From an archaeon (lineage in GTDB: Archaea > Nanobdellota > Nanobdellia > Pacearchaeales > GW2011-AR1), in contig JAUYLQ010000034.1 of NCBI GenBank assembly GCA_030699005.1, forward strand, positions 1 to 34,730: a stretch of DNA of 34,730 nucleotides, read 5' to 3'. Of the stretch, positions 33,783-34,730 are shown piece by piece. Numbering within the stretch: position 1 is the first letter of the stretch; each line of letters starts with the position of its first letter. The position numbers were made by a program, and so were the translations under genes. The notes under the pieces were generated by a model. That model was not told where the DNA came from, made no database searches, and saw only the letters and a list, made by a program, of their open reading frames with translations.

Positions 33783-34730
33783 ATGGTACTTGATTTTGCA
33801 AAAGAAGCAATTCAAAATGCTGGAACCCACAGTATAAACTTTGATGAATTAAAAGCAGGTAAAGCTGCAATTAAAGTTATAGGAATGGGTGGATGCGGTT
33901 CGAATATGATTACCTGGCTTTTTAACAAAGGAATTAACGGAGCAACAATTTATGCTGCTAACACTGATGCTTTGCACCTAAGTGTGACAAAAGCTGATGA
34001 GAAAATTCTTTTGGGTAAAGAGTTGACCCGTGGACTTGGAGCAGGCGGAAAACCTACAAGAGGTAGAGAAGCTGCTAAGGAGTCTTTAGTTGACTTAAAA
34101 AAAGCGGTCCAGGGAGCAGATATGGTTTTTGTCCTTGCCGGTGAAGGTGGAGGAACAGGAACAGGTTCAGCGCCAGTTGTGGCACAGCTTGCAAAGGAAA
34201 CAGGGGCAGTAGTTATTGGTGTTGTTACAATGCCTTTCGAATCTGAAAAAGCAAGAATCGACAAAGCTGAATTCGGTCTGCAAGAACTAAGAGAAGCAAC
34301 AGACACTTGTATCGTTCTTGATAACAACAGACTGGTTGACATTGCAGGACAGCTTCCTTTAGAACAGGCATTTGCAGTTGCAAACGAACTTGTGTCGACG
34401 ATGGTTAAAGGAATAGTTGAAACAATTACTTTGCCTTCTTTAATTAACCTGGACTATGCTGATGTTTCTGCTATTATGAAAAATGGCGGAGTTGCAGTTA
34501 TAGGAATTGGTGAATCAGATGCTACAGACAGAGTGCATGAATCAGTAAAGCAAGCCCTTACTCATCCTCTACTTGATGTGGATTACAAAGGTGCAAGCGG
34601 AGCTTTAGTGCATATTACTTGTGGTCCTGATTTGAAATTGGAAGAATTTGATGTGATTGGTAGAACTGTTTCAGAAAACTTGAGTGCAGATGCACAAGTT
34701 ATTATTGGAGCAAGAATCAGTAAAGACTTT
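33783..34730 (+). CDS. ftsZ: Cell division protein FtsZ (FtsZ2-like), 3' end runs off window; missing from ORF track
   Basis: MVLDFAKEAI..IKVIGMGGCGSN..ANTDALHL..TRGLGAGG..AGEGGGTGTGSAP..MPFESE..DNNRL..ITLPSLINLDYADV. The PSLINLDYAD T7 region resembles the archaeal FtsZ2 clade. Confidence 0.97.
   Translation, partial: MVLDFAKEAIQNAGTHSINFDELKAGKAAIKVIGMGGCGSNMITWLFNKGINGATIYAANTDALHLSVTKADEKILLGKELTRGLGAGGKPTRGREAAKESLVDLKKAVQGADMVFVLAGEGGGTGTGSAPVVAQLAKETGAVVIGVVTMPFESEKARIDKAEFGLQELREATDTCIVLDNNRLVDIAGQLPLEQAFAVANELVSTMVKGIVETITLPSLINLDYADVSAIMKNGGVAVIGIGESDATDRVHESVKQALTHPLLDVDYKGASGALVHITCGPDLKLEEFDVIGRTVSENLSADAQVIIGARISKDF

Noticed and set aside
33950..34342. 130-aa - strand ORF
   Set aside because: Antisense shadow of ftsZ, which the ORF track missed because it runs off the window.
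1..34730. Alternative genetic code, inteins or frameshifted genes
   Set aside because: Conserved genes end at expected positions with TAA, TAG or TGA, and I found no in-frame interruptions or intein-sized insertions.

Overview
AT-rich, gene-dense chromosomal window from an archaeon, most likely a DPANN/Nanobdellota lineage (Pacearchaeota/Woesearchaeota-like). The archaeal call rests on TFE, GatDE, tRNA-splicing endonuclease, deoxyhypusine synthase, Taw3, archaeal-type ProRS/AspRS, FtsZ2-like ftsZ, a class III signal peptide, and TATA-like boxes ~25 nt before many start codons. The narrower lineage call is inference. The window is dominated by tRNA-charging and tRNA-processing genes: cysS (partial), endA, leuS, alaS, proS, tRNA-Arg(UCG), gatD, gatE, aspS, asnS, taw3 and a YbaK/ProXp-like deacylase. 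It has no integrase, transposase, CRISPR or RT. Main candidates for new biology: (1) an Lrp/AsnC regulator with visible palindromic operators, divergent from a YbaK/INS-like trans-editing gene followed 18 nt later by AsnRS; (2) a bacterial-type DisA c-di-AMP synthase with a degenerate HhH motif, near a DHH/DHHA1 phosphoesterase; (3) a membrane-tethered wHTH regulator with tandem direct repeats in the promoter of the adjacent secreted-protein gene; (4) an unannotated 32-aa hyper-acidic micropeptide and structured intergenic RNA candidates; (5) streamlined or chimeric translation enzymes (GatE lacking its insertion domain, short AlaRS, bacterial/archaeal hybrid LeuRS). All family calls are from motif recognition by eye; no searches were run.
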